The translations under genes and the position numbers were made by a program. The notes under the pieces were generated by a model. That model was not told the DNA's origin and searched no databases. It was given only the letters and a program-made list of their open reading frames with translations. A stretch of 56,839 bases of DNA, counting the filler, from Sluysia triapertura (Eukaryota), in the NCBI GenBank assembly GCA_046118255.1. It is 4 parts of 4 records of this genome, joined end to end, with 100 filler letters (N's around TTAATTAATTAA, not from the genome) between each part and the next. Parts side by side here need not be neighbours in the genome. Positions count along the whole stretch, not along the records: positions 1 to 11,687 come from JBJNIA010179584.1; 3 more parts are not named here. One strand, given 5' to 3'. Numbering within the stretch: the stretch's first letter is position 1; the number at the start of each line of letters is the position of its first letter. This document shows, one piece after another, positions 1 through 11,787 of this stretch.

Positions 1-760
1 GTGGTGTCAACAAAATTCAATTATTGTTTGATTCAGTAAGCTTTATTTAATAAGATTTGACCCTGTTTGAACGGTCTCAAACTCTACTAAAAATCTATAC
101 ACATTCGTAGATACTCACGATTAAAAATCCTGAGTTAAAATCCACTTAACTTACAAATTATATATTATTATTATAATCAAAAAATTGCTTAAAGTTTTTA
201 TCATTGTTCATATAAATATCGTTGATATTATTTCATCAAAACTTTATTGTCTACATAATTTAAAATTGAAATTTTTGCCTTGTATTTTTGATTGTCTATC
301 AAATTTTTTATTGTGTAATAAAGTCGTTTTGTTTACCGAATTATTATTTACAAAACTAGGGCTCCTTTTTATTGTAATTTTGAATTAACAAGAAGACACA
401 AAGCAAGGAAATTTTTAATAGAAAGAAAAAGAATCTAAAGAACTTTAGTTGTTAATAAAGAGAAAATCAAAATATAGATTTAATTAAGGATTGTTAAGAA
501 TTTAATTTAAAATAGTTATTAGAGAAACCTTACCAATTAAAAGAGTTTTCTAAGATTGATTAAAATTTTTTAGAGTTAATTAATCAAAGTAAATTAACTT
601 GTTAATATATATAAGGATTTTAATACGGTTGTTCCAAAAATTAAGAAAGACTTTAAGATAAAAAATCTCTAATATAAAGTCATATACAAGATAAAGTAAG
701 TGTTAATATAAGAAAAGAGTAAGTTATAGTATTCTTCCAGTAGCATTTGACAAAGCTTTA

Positions 761-812
761 AAATCCTACGCAGACGTCCATTATAGGTAAATCGTTTGAC
801 GTAGGCGGACCC
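761..812 (+). ncRNA. Conserved bulged hairpin motif, copy 1 (putative cis-acting structured RNA of a mobile element)
   Basis: AAAT-CCTACG-CAGACG-[TCCATTATAGGTAAAT]-CGTTTG-A-CGTAGG-CGGACCC; homologous to 56792-56839(-), with compensatory changes in the inner stem. Confidence 0.6.
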
Positions 813-1070
813 AAAAATCTAAAGTTATTATTTTTATAATTGTTCGAAGAATTAAGAGAAAACCGAACAGTCCAAATGATATAGAATTATCCCAATAGTA
901 TCAAATTACCAAATCGAAATGAATATCTTAGTAATGTTGCTCGAACAAAGCCAGAAAATTATAAATGGCCGTAAAAATTGATTTACAAAGATATCTATTT
1001 AATTACAAATGGCGATTTTCATTGTTAGATGCTAGCTTATATACTAGTCATCCACCAATGAAAATCGATG

Positions 1071-1098
1071 GAATGTTCTAGAACATTCTAGAAGCTTC
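1071..1098. promoter_or_regulatory. Perfect six-unit heat-shock element (nGAAnnTTCn array)
   Basis: GAAtgTTCtaGAAcaTTCtaGAAgcTTC matches the canonical HSF-binding alternation exactly. Confidence 0.6.
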
Positions 1099-3007
1099 TA
1101 ATCTATTTTTAGAAGCTTATTTTCGATTTTAGAAACTTTATTTTCTTTTTTGGAAAATAAATTTTCTTTTTTTGGAAAATAAACGTTTTTTTATTAATTT
1201 TAATTGATTTTATAATATTTTTATAATTTTAAATGATTGTTTCGTGATTTTAATTAATTTTAAAGTATTATCATGTTGTCCTAGAGTTATTTTGTAGAGT
1301 TGTGATGGCAGCCTAACACTATTGTTATTATTATACTTGTTAAGGTCTTAAGAGTTACAATGTTTAGAATTTTTGGATAACACCTATTTGATTGTGCTGT
1401 TGTATAATAATAATAAAATTAATTATAAAATTGAATTAATAATAAAAAGTAATTCAGAAATTAAATTAATAAAAATAAAAAGAATTTATAAAATTAATAA
1501 TAAAAAATTATTAATTGAATTAATAATTGAAAAATAAAAATTAGTAATAATAATAAAATAATTATAGAAAGATTTAAGTATACTAACAAATTATTATGAA
1601 ATTAATATAATCTATAATATTAGTTAAAAATGAAATTATTTATAATAATGATAATAATAAATAATGATAATTGTAATAAAGATGATAAACGGGAAAGATG
1701 ATAATGAAACATTATCGTTTATGTAAGATATTTTAGACAGCATTTGAAAAGAGCTATGAAAACTTAAAATATGTTTTAAGGTATAAAATTGACAAAAGTA
1801 TGTTTTGTAAAGTAATAAATATAAAATTCATAATTTGATAATAAAAATAGAATTTAAAATTTAAAATCGAAATTTAAGAATTATTAAAAAATAGAATTTA
1901 TAATTTGAAATTTAAATGTATAAACATAAAACAGTATTATTAATTTTTTAAATTATTTTTATTGTAATTTGTTTAAATTATTGTTATTTGAATCATATAT
2001 AAGTAGAGGTATTTAACAGCTAGTTAATTTCAATAAAATTTACACAATAGTAATCAATAAACAACGAGAATTTTAAATTTTCGTCTGTTCATTACTTGAG
2101 ATATCTTATAGGGAATTATTGTTCCTTTTTTGTCGTTATTCGAGTTAATCTGAACAACCTCACGAAGAATTATTATACTATTTAAATTATTCGTTAGTTT
2201 TATTTTATAGGTTAATCCACTGATTTTAATTCACTCTGTTGGTAATATTGTACTCAATTTTATTTAATACGTTTTTATGTAACTGTTTATTTAAAATTAC
2301 GAAATAAAATATATTTTTAAAGTAAATTATTAAAGATTATATATACTATAATCTTCATAAAGTATTATTTATTTATTATAATTAATTATTAAGTTATTGC
2401 GAAAAACATCATAAATATATAATCATCATAATACATCTATCATTTATTATTTAATTACTGTAAAACATTTTTAATTCTATTTTGAGTGCATTACTCTTGT
2501 TTTATTTATTGTATTCGATTTATTGAACACTTAGGGTCCTCCTAAGTTTTCATATTACTATTTGAAAGATTTTAAAGACCCATAGAACATAAACTATCTA
2601 GGTTTAACCACAAATTTTGAGGAATTGATTAATATTGAATTGCTCACATAAAGGAACCACAATAAATACTAAAGAGCGTAAACCAAATAGTAGAAATAGA
2701 CAGATAATTAAGTTTATTTATTAACAAAGGAATTACGATTACAAATCTCGCTGAATGGCGCCCCTAAAAATATAAATTATATAATTTTATTCTTTTAAAA
2801 TCCCACATTGAACTTAAATTGGTTTAACACCAATAAATAAAATTTTCTTTCGTTCAAGATCCTTTTTAAATAGGCTCCTGTATTTATTAATATTGCTCAC
2901 AAGCGGAAAATGAATCTAATTAAAGAAGCCTCTAACTAAAGCAGTAGTCTGATAGCAAATAAATTTAAGTAACTTATTAGTTGACATCCTTGGTGTCATT
3001 TTTTTGA

Positions 3008-3058
3008 AAATCCTACGATCTAGCCTTAGCTCGTAAGCATAGAAACGTAGGCTAAATC
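3008..3058 (+). ncRNA. Bulged hairpin motif, copy 2 (diverged)
   Basis: AAAT-CCTACG-A-TCTA-[GCCTTAGCTCGTAAGCA]-TAGA-AA-CGTAGG-CTAAATC; GATCC..GGCTC companion hairpin 154 nt upstream (2858-2880). Confidence 0.5.
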
Positions 3059-6000
3059 GAAATCGTACATTTATTCTGTTGGGAAAGTCACAGCAATTTG
3101 TTAATTAACTTAATTAGATTAATTTAAATATGCTTTGTAAAACAACTTTGGATTAAAATATATTGTTAAAAACTACGCATTAAATGAAAGATGCTGTAAC
3201 ATATCATTGATATAAAAATGAGTATTTCACGATACAAATTAACGGAGATAATGAAAGAAATTATTATTTTAAATAATGAATTACATATTACAAAATAATC
3301 GAATAAACTCGAAAAACATAGAATTAATCTTTGTTAAAGAATGATTCTAAATTTAATATTTATTTAATAAAAAATAGAAGCTTAAACAAATGCTAAAAAA
3401 GACAATGGCAAATTAATTTATATAATTAATCAATCGCAAATAAATTAAAAAGCTTTTTAAAGTAAGATATTAAATTATACCTCATCCATAATTTTCATAT
3501 GCTTTTTTTCCTACAGATTATCATTTTTTCAGATATTACAATGAATTCCTGGAAGATAGATCTAGGACAAAAATCCATTACATATTAAAAAATAGTCACA
3601 TTTTATTTAAAAAGATTTGCCATTTTTCTTAATAAATAAAAATAAATATTCACTACAATAAATCAATTGAGAAGTCCTTGAGAATGTAATATATAATACT
3701 TCTGTTAGCGGTATCTTTTATGAAATTTATTACCATTATAATTAAAATCAATAATCATTAATGAATACATGAATGTAAAATTAATAATGATAATAATTAC
3801 CATTATGATTGATAATTTGAGATTTCATTCTCATGAAACATTTCTTTACGTTTATTCCTGATATTAGTATTGATTGACACACTTCATAAAACATCAATAA
3901 AAATTTAAAAAATCCAAAATTTCTTCAGAAAATATTCTATACGAAAATTTACTTAATGAACATTAAATGTAATTTTAATTTGACATTTAAAATCATAATT
4001 ATATTATAACTTCAAAATTGGTTTTATGTTCAATTTAAATTTTTATTTTCTGAATCACTTTTATTACATTAATTAGATGTGCACACAAATTATTATGAAC
4101 ATGTATTAGCACTCAATTAGCACAATAATATTCGTCGAACAGTTAAAATCAAATAAAGAAGTTTGACCTTTCAATAAATGACATACAGTTTTATGTATTA
4201 TGTGTGTGAGTTGTGAATGGCGCCAGAACATTAATTTTTATAGCCTCTTCAAGGTGATAATTTTATGCATGAAGTTGATTTCAGTTTTGTCCATATAAAT
4301 GTGTATGTGTGTGTTATACTTGAAGTGGACTTTCTGGTTGAGTAAAACGTGACATAATAATACAGACAAGCACGCTTTATTTACATAGTTGATTTTTTGA
4401 TGATTTATAACCGTTTTATAAAAAGTGGACGAAAAAATATTTTTAGGTATAAAATCAATTAACTTGATTATTTTGGAAGAATATTAGCATTAATATTCTT
4501 AGGGTTGGTTAATCGAGCTATTCTTAAGATTTCTCTTACGTATTAATGTTAATGTGTAAGACAAAGTGAAATATTACTAATTAGATTTTATTCGACAATA
4601 TTTACAACTATTTTCTTATAGTACGTATATAAACAATAAAAATTAAATAAAATAAAATAAATAATTACGAATTGCATGTTTTTAATTTGTAGAAAACAAA
4701 ATTACAAAATGTTTTAGATTGTTTTAAGAAACTCACAAATACGTATTAATGAATTCCTACATGAATATAATGCTCCCAGTACTGCTATTTGTCTGTCTTT
4801 TTTAATGTGTTTTAACTCTGTTTATTTAAAATGTTTTCTTCTGATAAAATTAAAAACCCAAGACGAATATCCGAGTTTCAACTATAACTTTTGCAAGTAA
4901 ACCAAGTATATTGTTTCAGAAATTCCATACCTTTGTTTTCCCTGTTTCAAAATTCAGTTTAATTTGATTTCGAATTCAGAATATTTATATCCTTGAGTTC
5001 TTTTTTAAGAATTAGCTTCCTTAACAATTATTAACTTGACATTTAAGGAAATCAAAAACTAATTATTTATACACAAATAATCAATTGTGACAATTAAGAT
5101 GTTTAAGAAAAACACTTATAGACTTAAGGTCCTTATTGAAATAATTATTAAATTTATATGACTTAAGATCGAGATAAAGTTTTGGGTGCTTAAATCATAA
5201 GTTGGTGAGTGTATTATTGCTTTATTGAAGTCACACTAACTAATAAAATATAACAAAACAAAGTTTCATAAATTTTCTTTTGAACTGTTGATGATATAGA
5301 ATTGTGAATTGCATTGTTAATTATTAGATATTAACTATTTTATAGCATTTGAACATGAAGATTTTAACATAAGAAGGATTAATATAATTAATTACAATAT
5401 ATTTCAAAATGTCTTGTAATATTATCTTCAACATTATTATTGATATTTTTATTTATTTAAGGTCATTTAACTCAAGTTTGTTTCTGATTTATTTACCTTT
5501 AGTGAAATCTTTTCTCATAATATGCGTATTTATACATACCTTAGTTATTATTTTCAAGCTTTCGCGATGATTTATAATTCATTTTATTATTTAGGTCTTT
5601 ATCTTTTTTAGGTATTATCTTCTTTGCTTTCAATACTACAAAATAAGTCAATAAATTCTTCATTTAAATCCGTTAAACGAATTTTTTAAATTTTGTTGCA
5701 TATTTGATTAATAAAACAATTACCCAATCATGAGAGTAAACATGACGATAAGTTCTTTTATAACACAAAAGCTCATTCTTTATTAATAATTTAAATGGAA
5801 GTAGTAAACCTAAAATAATAAGTGAGGTTGAATGACACTTAATTGATCTAGCGAGTTTAGGATAAATGGCTTGATTTCTAATGTCGGGGCTATTACCAAA
5901 AAATTCTTCTTGATTGATTATTTAAATGATTGTTATATTTTATAACTATTTTTTTAATTATTGCCAATGTTAATGATAATAAATAATACTAAATAATAAT

Positions 6001-6634
6001 AATAATAAAATAAAGAAAATGATAATAATAAAAATAGCAATAAAAAACAATTATAAAATTATGATAATAATAGCATATATAATAACATTAATTTTTATTC
6101 AACTATATGCTATTTAAAATTATAAATAAGTAATTCAAACTATTATTTTTAAAAATACATTGTGATCATTATTAAATAATAGTATCAACAATCTTTATAT
6201 TATTGTTTGTAATCTATATTTATTTTATGACAGAATTTGAATCTTTTAATTCTTATTGAACGTACAACTAATTGAAATTGTTATCGTTATTATTCGAATG
6301 ATTCAATTCAATATCACATGTATTTTGAAAATCTTCATATTCAGACAATATTGACGAAGTATTACCTCATTTGTGCTGTTTTCACAACCAATATGGGAGG
6401 TAAACAGAAATTTCAATACATTTGTAATGAAATGGATTATGCATACTTTTTCTTTCTTGAATGGAAGGAATGTTCAAATCATTCGATTGGTTTTGATTCG
6501 CGCCAGAGCTGGGTATAAAACGTGAAGTAATCCTTTACTATGTGCAATTTCCAGACGACTTCTAACGATCTTAGCTACGTTGCACATTTAGTTTCACTAT
6601 CTTCATTCCAATCGTCTTTTAGAGTTATTCTATT

Positions 6635-6774
6635 TGTTAGACTTTATAAAACGGACTAACCGGGGATCGAACCCGGGACCTTCGCTGCGCAGTTCGATTG
6701 CTCTACCACTGACGATTTTATTTTATTATAGTCATTTTTACGAAATGACACTTTAGGCCTTTTTACCCCCAACA
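6635..6774. mobile_element. Short solo LTR (TGTT...AACA, 4-bp TSD TATT) containing an antisense tRNA-like segment
   Basis: Termini TGTTAG and CCAACA; TATT on both flanks (6631-6634, 6775-6778); second family member at 7791-7907. Confidence 0.7.
6653..6713 (-). pseudogene. tRNA-derived segment (Pol III A box, B box and T-arm) inside the solo LTR
   Basis: Minus strand GTCAGTGGTAGAGCA...GGTCCCGGGTTCGATCCCCGGTTAGTCC: D-loop AGTGGTAGAGC, T-arm CCGGG-TTCGATC-CCCGG; no pairing 5' acceptor strand and no clean anticodon stem. Confidence 0.7.
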
Positions 6775-6779
6775 TATTG

Positions 6780-8150
6780 ATTAATTTTCTGCAACATTTT
6801 CGTCAATGATTTCGAAGCTTTTTTCTTTCAATTTCTCTTCTTTCTCAGGACAATCTTTGGCATAAATTATTAATCTTTTAATATCAGGCGGTGGATTTGT
6901 AAAAAGGCTCGTCAAATTTTGCAAATTTATTATAAATAAATGTTTTCGGATAATAAGCTAGCTACACAAAAATAGGAATGTATAACACAAGATATAATAA
7001 AACATAACAAGAATAGAGGAATAAAGAATAGAATCGATAGTAATAAAACAATAATACAATTGTTTAAAATTGTAATAAGAACATCAAATTTTAGATTGTA
7101 TGTTTATAAATATTAATTTAAGTGTTATTATCATTATTATAATTGTTGTCGTGACAATATGTTGAGTTTTGAATTGTTCGGTTGAGTTACTAGTATTTTC
7201 CTGTTTTTTGTATGTTTTCTGCTTCATTTTTATTAAATGTCTTCAGTTGGTTGAATTTTGTTTATGTATTTGTTTATAATATGTATGTTTTGCGGTTGAA
7301 TTCAGCACAATTTATGTCTTCATTATCTTTTACATAATGCAATACCTTTATTGAGAAATCTTTTAAAATATCACGACTAAGCGTAAGATAAATATAGAGT
7401 CATAATAATTTCCACTATTCTTTATTAATGCATCCAAATAGTTACAATCTTCAGAGGAAGAAAGTGACGTTCTAAACATGACTTTATAAATATTGAATAA
7501 CATGAAGTATGAAAACGTTTTCCATCATTTCAAATTCATTCAGAGATAAGGGATTGAAGACTGTGTCAATAATATATCAATTCCATCAAGTTCACCTATT
7601 TCTGAAACATAAAGCTTATTTTCATCAAAACATTTTTGGAATTCGTTTTAATAACTTTTGATTAACTATTTTTTCTTTTGTTCTTGCCATAATTTCTGCT
7701 ATATTTTCAACAATATTTAAATGTGGACAAACACCATGAACTTCTTCAGAAACACTTTCATCCAATTTAGATACTTTGAAATAAGCATTCTGTTAGACTT
7801 CAATAAATAAACTGGCCGGGACCTCTCGCCACATCTAACAATATTACTTTATTGTAGTCAGTTATACTATCATTATTCTAAATGGCACTTTAAGCCTGTA
7901 CTCAACAATTTAATCTAGAAAATTTTCGATAAGCTGGACCCTGATATGAAAATTTTACTTAATGATTCACTTGTAGTTGGATTACCATGTAATTCGAAAA
8001 TAAAGCGTAAAATATATGCTATTTCATCTTCATTGTTTCTTAATTTAGCTGTTCACTTAACATAGAAAACTACTTCTTTTTCAGTACCAACAAGACGCTT
8101 CTCGACATCATTAGAATTATCAATTTTCTTCAGAGCTTTTAGGAACATAA
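6780..8150 (-). pseudogene. CTNNBL1: Decayed beta-catenin-like protein 1 (CTNNBL1) copy; boundaries approximate
   Basis: Manual translation gives LDESVSEEVHGVCPHLNIVENIAEI, FDENKLYVSEI, GELDGIDILLTQ and EFEMMENVF, matching the CTNNBL1 blocks LDESVKEEADGVHNTLAIVENMAEF / FDANKLYCSEV / GELDGIDVLLQQ / EQEMMENLF; has stops, deletions and an LTR insertion. Confidence 0.75.
7791..7907. mobile_element. Solo LTR, second member of the 6635-6774 family, inserted into the CTNNBL1 pseudogene
   Basis: TGTTAGACTT start, CCGGGACC core, AATG.CACTTTA.GCCT block, CAACA end; imperfect TSD ATTC/ATTT; removing it rejoins the CTNNBL1 frame (RLN|AYFKVSKLDES). Confidence 0.65.
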
Positions 8151-9553
8151 TTCAAGTTAGGTCATTTAAAAATTTTTGTAAAATTTTATAACACAATGTA
8201 AGTATTATTTATTTATTAATGCTTTCCATACATTACGTATGTTATTTTTTGATAAATTATTGTCGATGTTTTTAAAACACAAAATGTAGCATAAAGACTT
8301 GGTGATAACAAATAAGATAAAGCATGGGAATTATTACAATTATCATAGATGCAACTTTCTAATTTAACTTTTATCTATTTTGACTAAATCCTATGGTGTT
8401 TTAATACTTTGCGTAATCTCTCATCGAATTTTACTTTTAATAATTTTACTACTTTAATATTTAAATAAATATTATACAATCAGTAATATTAACATAAATT
8501 AACTATAACAAATCTATAAATCTACAAAATGCTTAAATAATTTAGTATCACAATTAATAAGCCACATGAACGAGAAACTAAATATTTACCAACATCAGAT
8601 TCATAACGTATTGAATTTCGTTGGACTAAGATTTGAAGTCAATAATTCATATAATTCACTTGGTGGTTTTTATTCAACTTCTATTTCAAATGGCAAGTGT
8701 CTCAATAACTCTTTCATAAATATTTCAACTTCTACAATAGCAGTTAGAAATTGATATTTATCTAAATTTCTGATACAATGTAACCAATATTTGTATTTTA
8801 TAATTTTTGTACTATCTTTAAGGTAAATCAATCATTGTTGATGCAATATGTTATACACTTTCTATTTCGTTAATTACATAAATAATTTCTACAAAACAAT
8901 CTATTTTTAATTCATCAAACATTACATAGATGTTTTAAGTACGTAATTCAGTTAATTCTTTTTCTTCAATTCCCAATTCTTTAGCTAATACTAAATTATT
9001 AAACTTTAATGAAACAATTTCATTTTTGTTCATCGATTGTTTTGTTTATCATATTCTATACGGTTAAAAGTAATTTTTCATTTTTATCAAGCTTCTGCCA
9101 TTTTAATTTTTACTCGTATATTATTAAAGGTATTATGGAATTTTTTAATCCATTATTGATTTTTTTAAATATTAGTAATAGCCTAGACGGCCTAATTTTT
9201 GGATATTCAAATTATTATTATTATTCCATAAAATGTTTCATTTATAAAAGTTTACATAATCTAATAATATTGAATGATGCGACTTAAAAATTCGACCAAA
9301 GCCATCAAAGTAAGCTTTGTCTCATAGCTACAAATTATCTGACAATCAGATCAATATTTATCACATGGAATGCAAATAGATAATAACCGACCATATACAT
9401 GATTCCTTCAACTATAATACCAATTAATGATAATAAGATAAACAGAGTATAATACATGGTTGGTAGACTGAGAATATTGTTTTGTAATATGTTTGGATAT
9501 TGGACTTTCTGTGATTTAATAGTTGAAGAATTTGGTTTTATTGGCATTGAGCT

Positions 9554-10552
9554 TTAATTAGACGAAAAGAACTTTAAATTCATTTCGTATTGTGTGGAGG
9601 GTGAAAATTTCTTTTGTTTTAATGAAAATTTGATTCTCTTTAAAATTCTAATTACTACATTGTAAACATTAATGAAAATTGAATAATTTAATTTAAACTT
9701 TATAATATTAAACAAATTAAACGTTAATTTAAAAATTACTAACAAAATAGGCTTAAGGCCTGTATAACAAGAAAATGACAACTTCGAAACAAAATTTGTT
9801 GCTATATTAATAAAAACCAACAACAAAAAAACGAGTACATAATCAAAAATAACTTGATTTAAGCAAATCCGAATAGAGTTGTTTCTCCACCATAGTTTTT
9901 CATATATAAATTGACTGCAAGTTTCCAATTCGATGCCATGCATTTGCTTCTGCCCATTTGTAATAACGCATATAACGTTCAATTGAGATTTTCTCCGAAT
10001 AACTTTATAACTTTTGATATCTTTCAATAACGAAGTTGGTAATTCAAAAGGAGTATAATAGTAGTCATAAAAATGATTAACATATTTATCGTTAAACATT
10101 GATGTTTCAGAAAAATAGTGCACATACTCATTTCCACAATAAATGTATGGATAATTCATAAACATAATAACTCTAACATGCGCATTTCCACAATTAATGA
10201 ATGGATAATTCATAAACATAATAACTAAAACCATACATTTGCTATTAACTAAATCCATAACAATTGACTCGTTAGGAAAAACTTCCAGTGGTAACATGAA
10301 AAAATTTTGTTCCTCTGACAATTGGGACGTTTGAAAAATCATTTCGAATTTCGAATGTATTACCATTACAGAACTTCTGTTTTGACTAAAACAGTTGATT
10401 AAACATCCGTAATTATACTTCACAGTTAATTTATAAAAAGAAGTAGAAAATGCTGAACTAGGTATTTCCAAAAATGTATAGCCACCAATATATTTAAAAA
10501 CATTTAACATTACAGTTATAACAGATATGGTTTTCATTATTTCCATAGACAA
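9554..10552 (-). CDS. Uninterrupted 332-aa ORF of unknown function; hydrophobic N-terminus, Cys-containing middle, hydrophobic segment near residue 240
   Basis: A 1-kb open frame is unlikely by chance in DNA this AT-rich; family not recognised. Confidence 0.4.
   Translation of the reverse strand: MSMEIMKTISVITVMLNVFKYIGGYTFLEIPSSAFSTSFYKLTVKYNYGCLINCFSQNRSSVMVIHSKFEMIFQTSQLSEEQNFFMLPLEVFPNESIVMDLVNSKCMVLVIMFMNYPFINCGNAHVRVIMFMNYPYIYCGNEYVHYFSETSMFNDKYVNHFYDYYYTPFELPTSLLKDIKSYKVIRRKSQLNVICVITNGQKQMHGIELETCSQFIYEKLWWRNNSIRICLNQVIFDYVLVFLLLVFINIATNFVSKLSFSCYTGLKPILLVIFKLTFNLFNIIKFKLNYSIFINVYNVVIRILKRIKFSLKQKKFSPSTQYEMNLKFFSSN
10130..10226. repeat. 54-bp-period in-frame tandem duplication inside the 332-aa ORF
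   Basis: TTTCCACAAT..ATGGATAATTCATAAACATAATAACT starts at 10131 and 10185; encodes VIMFMNYPFINCGN / VIMFMNYPYIYCGN. Confidence 0.85.
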
Positions 10553-10779
10553 CTCTATAATTGATTTTATTTTTTAATTATGATAATTTTAATTTTATAA
10601 CCAACATTATAAAGCAATTAATATCGAATTAATATTTTCAAGATAATAAAGAACGAGAATGACAAATAGTTAATTTATAGGATAAAAATTTTGAAAATTT
10701 AAAATGAATCAAACCAAATAATAATGATAATGATAATAATAAGAATAAAAATACAATAATAATTACATAATATTAATAC

Positions 10780-10810
<31 letters not shown>

Positions 10811-11027
10811 CAAAAGTAATCAAGGTCTTCATAATAATAACATAAATATACATAGCTTAAAATAATTAAAATATAAATAAAATTTCTTCTGTGATTTGTT
10901 ACTAAATGTCAATAAAACATTTATAATGATAATAATAGTTTGGGAAAGTACTGTACTAATATTTATATTGATGTTTTGATCTCGATCATTGGAATAATTC
11001 TCAACAAAAACAGCATAAATTAATCAA

Positions 11028-11135
11028 CTAATACGGTTTTATACTATCTGATTTAGGTCGTTTAGGTTGTACTTTAAGTCGCTTAGAGCCATTCTGGAAC
11101 CCGTTCATTGCTCGCATGGCAATTTGAGCACTGTC
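11028..11135 (-). pseudogene. C-terminal RRM3 fragment of a CELF/Bruno RNA-binding protein
   Basis: DSAQIAMRAMNGFQNGSKRLKVQPKRPKSDSIKPY* versus the CELF terminus [33 protein letters not shown]; the upstream part of the ORF is repeat-derived. Confidence 0.75.
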
Positions 11136-11216
11136 GCCTTTGCTTTCTTTATGATCATTAACCATTTCACGATATATCATCTCAATGAATGTCGTAAATA
11201 AAAAATTAAAACAAAC

Positions 11217-11329
11217 AGAGAGATAGATTGATAATAAGGATAAAAAAAATAATAATGATAACAATTATGTGGTTATTATGTTTGTTATGAAGATTGTTAT
11301 AAAGTTATTATAAAAGTTATTACTATATG
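11217..11329. repeat. Interspersed AT-rich repeat shared with 23697-23833
   Basis: AGATAG.TTGATAATAAGGATAAAA...AATGATAACAATTA.GTGG.TATTATGTTT...TTATTATAAAAGTT.TTACTATATG present at both sites. Confidence 0.75.
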
Positions 11330-11399
11330 ATCAATTTATGCAGACTCTTTTTTTAGTTTCAACTGCACTCTCCAGCTTGATACCATCACGTTTATCCTT

Positions 11400-11687
11400 C
11401 TTCTGTTTCATTTGGATGTCTGTCAGGGTGATGCATCATGATTTCTTTTTGTAAGTTTTTTTAATGTCCGTATCATCTGCATTATGAAGGATACCAAGAA
11501 CTTTATAAGGATTCATTTGACCGGCTCGCTTCAATCCCTGCTTAGCTTGTTTAATCAGGGCAGCTAATTCATCTGATTGATACATTTTCTGAAGAGTTTC
11601 TGCTTCCTTTAGAGCTTCTTGCCACTTCTCCATTTGCATTAAATCACTGATTCGACGACATTTAGGTTTCTCATAATTCACATCTAA
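11400..11687 (-). pseudogene. DNAJC7: DNAJC7-like (last TPR plus J-domain) fragment with a frameshift, cut by the contig end
   Basis: LMQMEKWQEAL...LIKQAKQGLKR...NPYKVLGILHNADDTDIKKTYKKK, then a 1-nt shift into MMHHPDRH (HPD motif). Confidence 0.65.
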
Positions 11688-11787
11688 NNNNNNNNNNNNN
11701 NNNNNNNNNNNNNNNNNNNNNNNNNNNNNNNTTAATTAATTAANNNNNNNNNNNNNNNNNNNNNNNNNNNNNNNNNNNNNNNNNNNN
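11688..11787. other. Artificial contig spacer
   Basis: 44 N + TTAATTAATTAA (stops in all six frames) + 44 N. Confidence 0.97.

Noticed and set aside
2755-2765. tRNA primer-binding sites (TGGCGCCC here; TGGTGTCA near 2 and 2992)
   Set aside because: Matches are only ~8 nt and do not follow a definable LTR end; AATGGCG motifs are common here and could be YY1-type sites.
6653-6713. Functional tRNA gene
   Set aside because: No 5' acceptor strand, a broken anticodon arm, and it is embedded in an LTR-like repeat.
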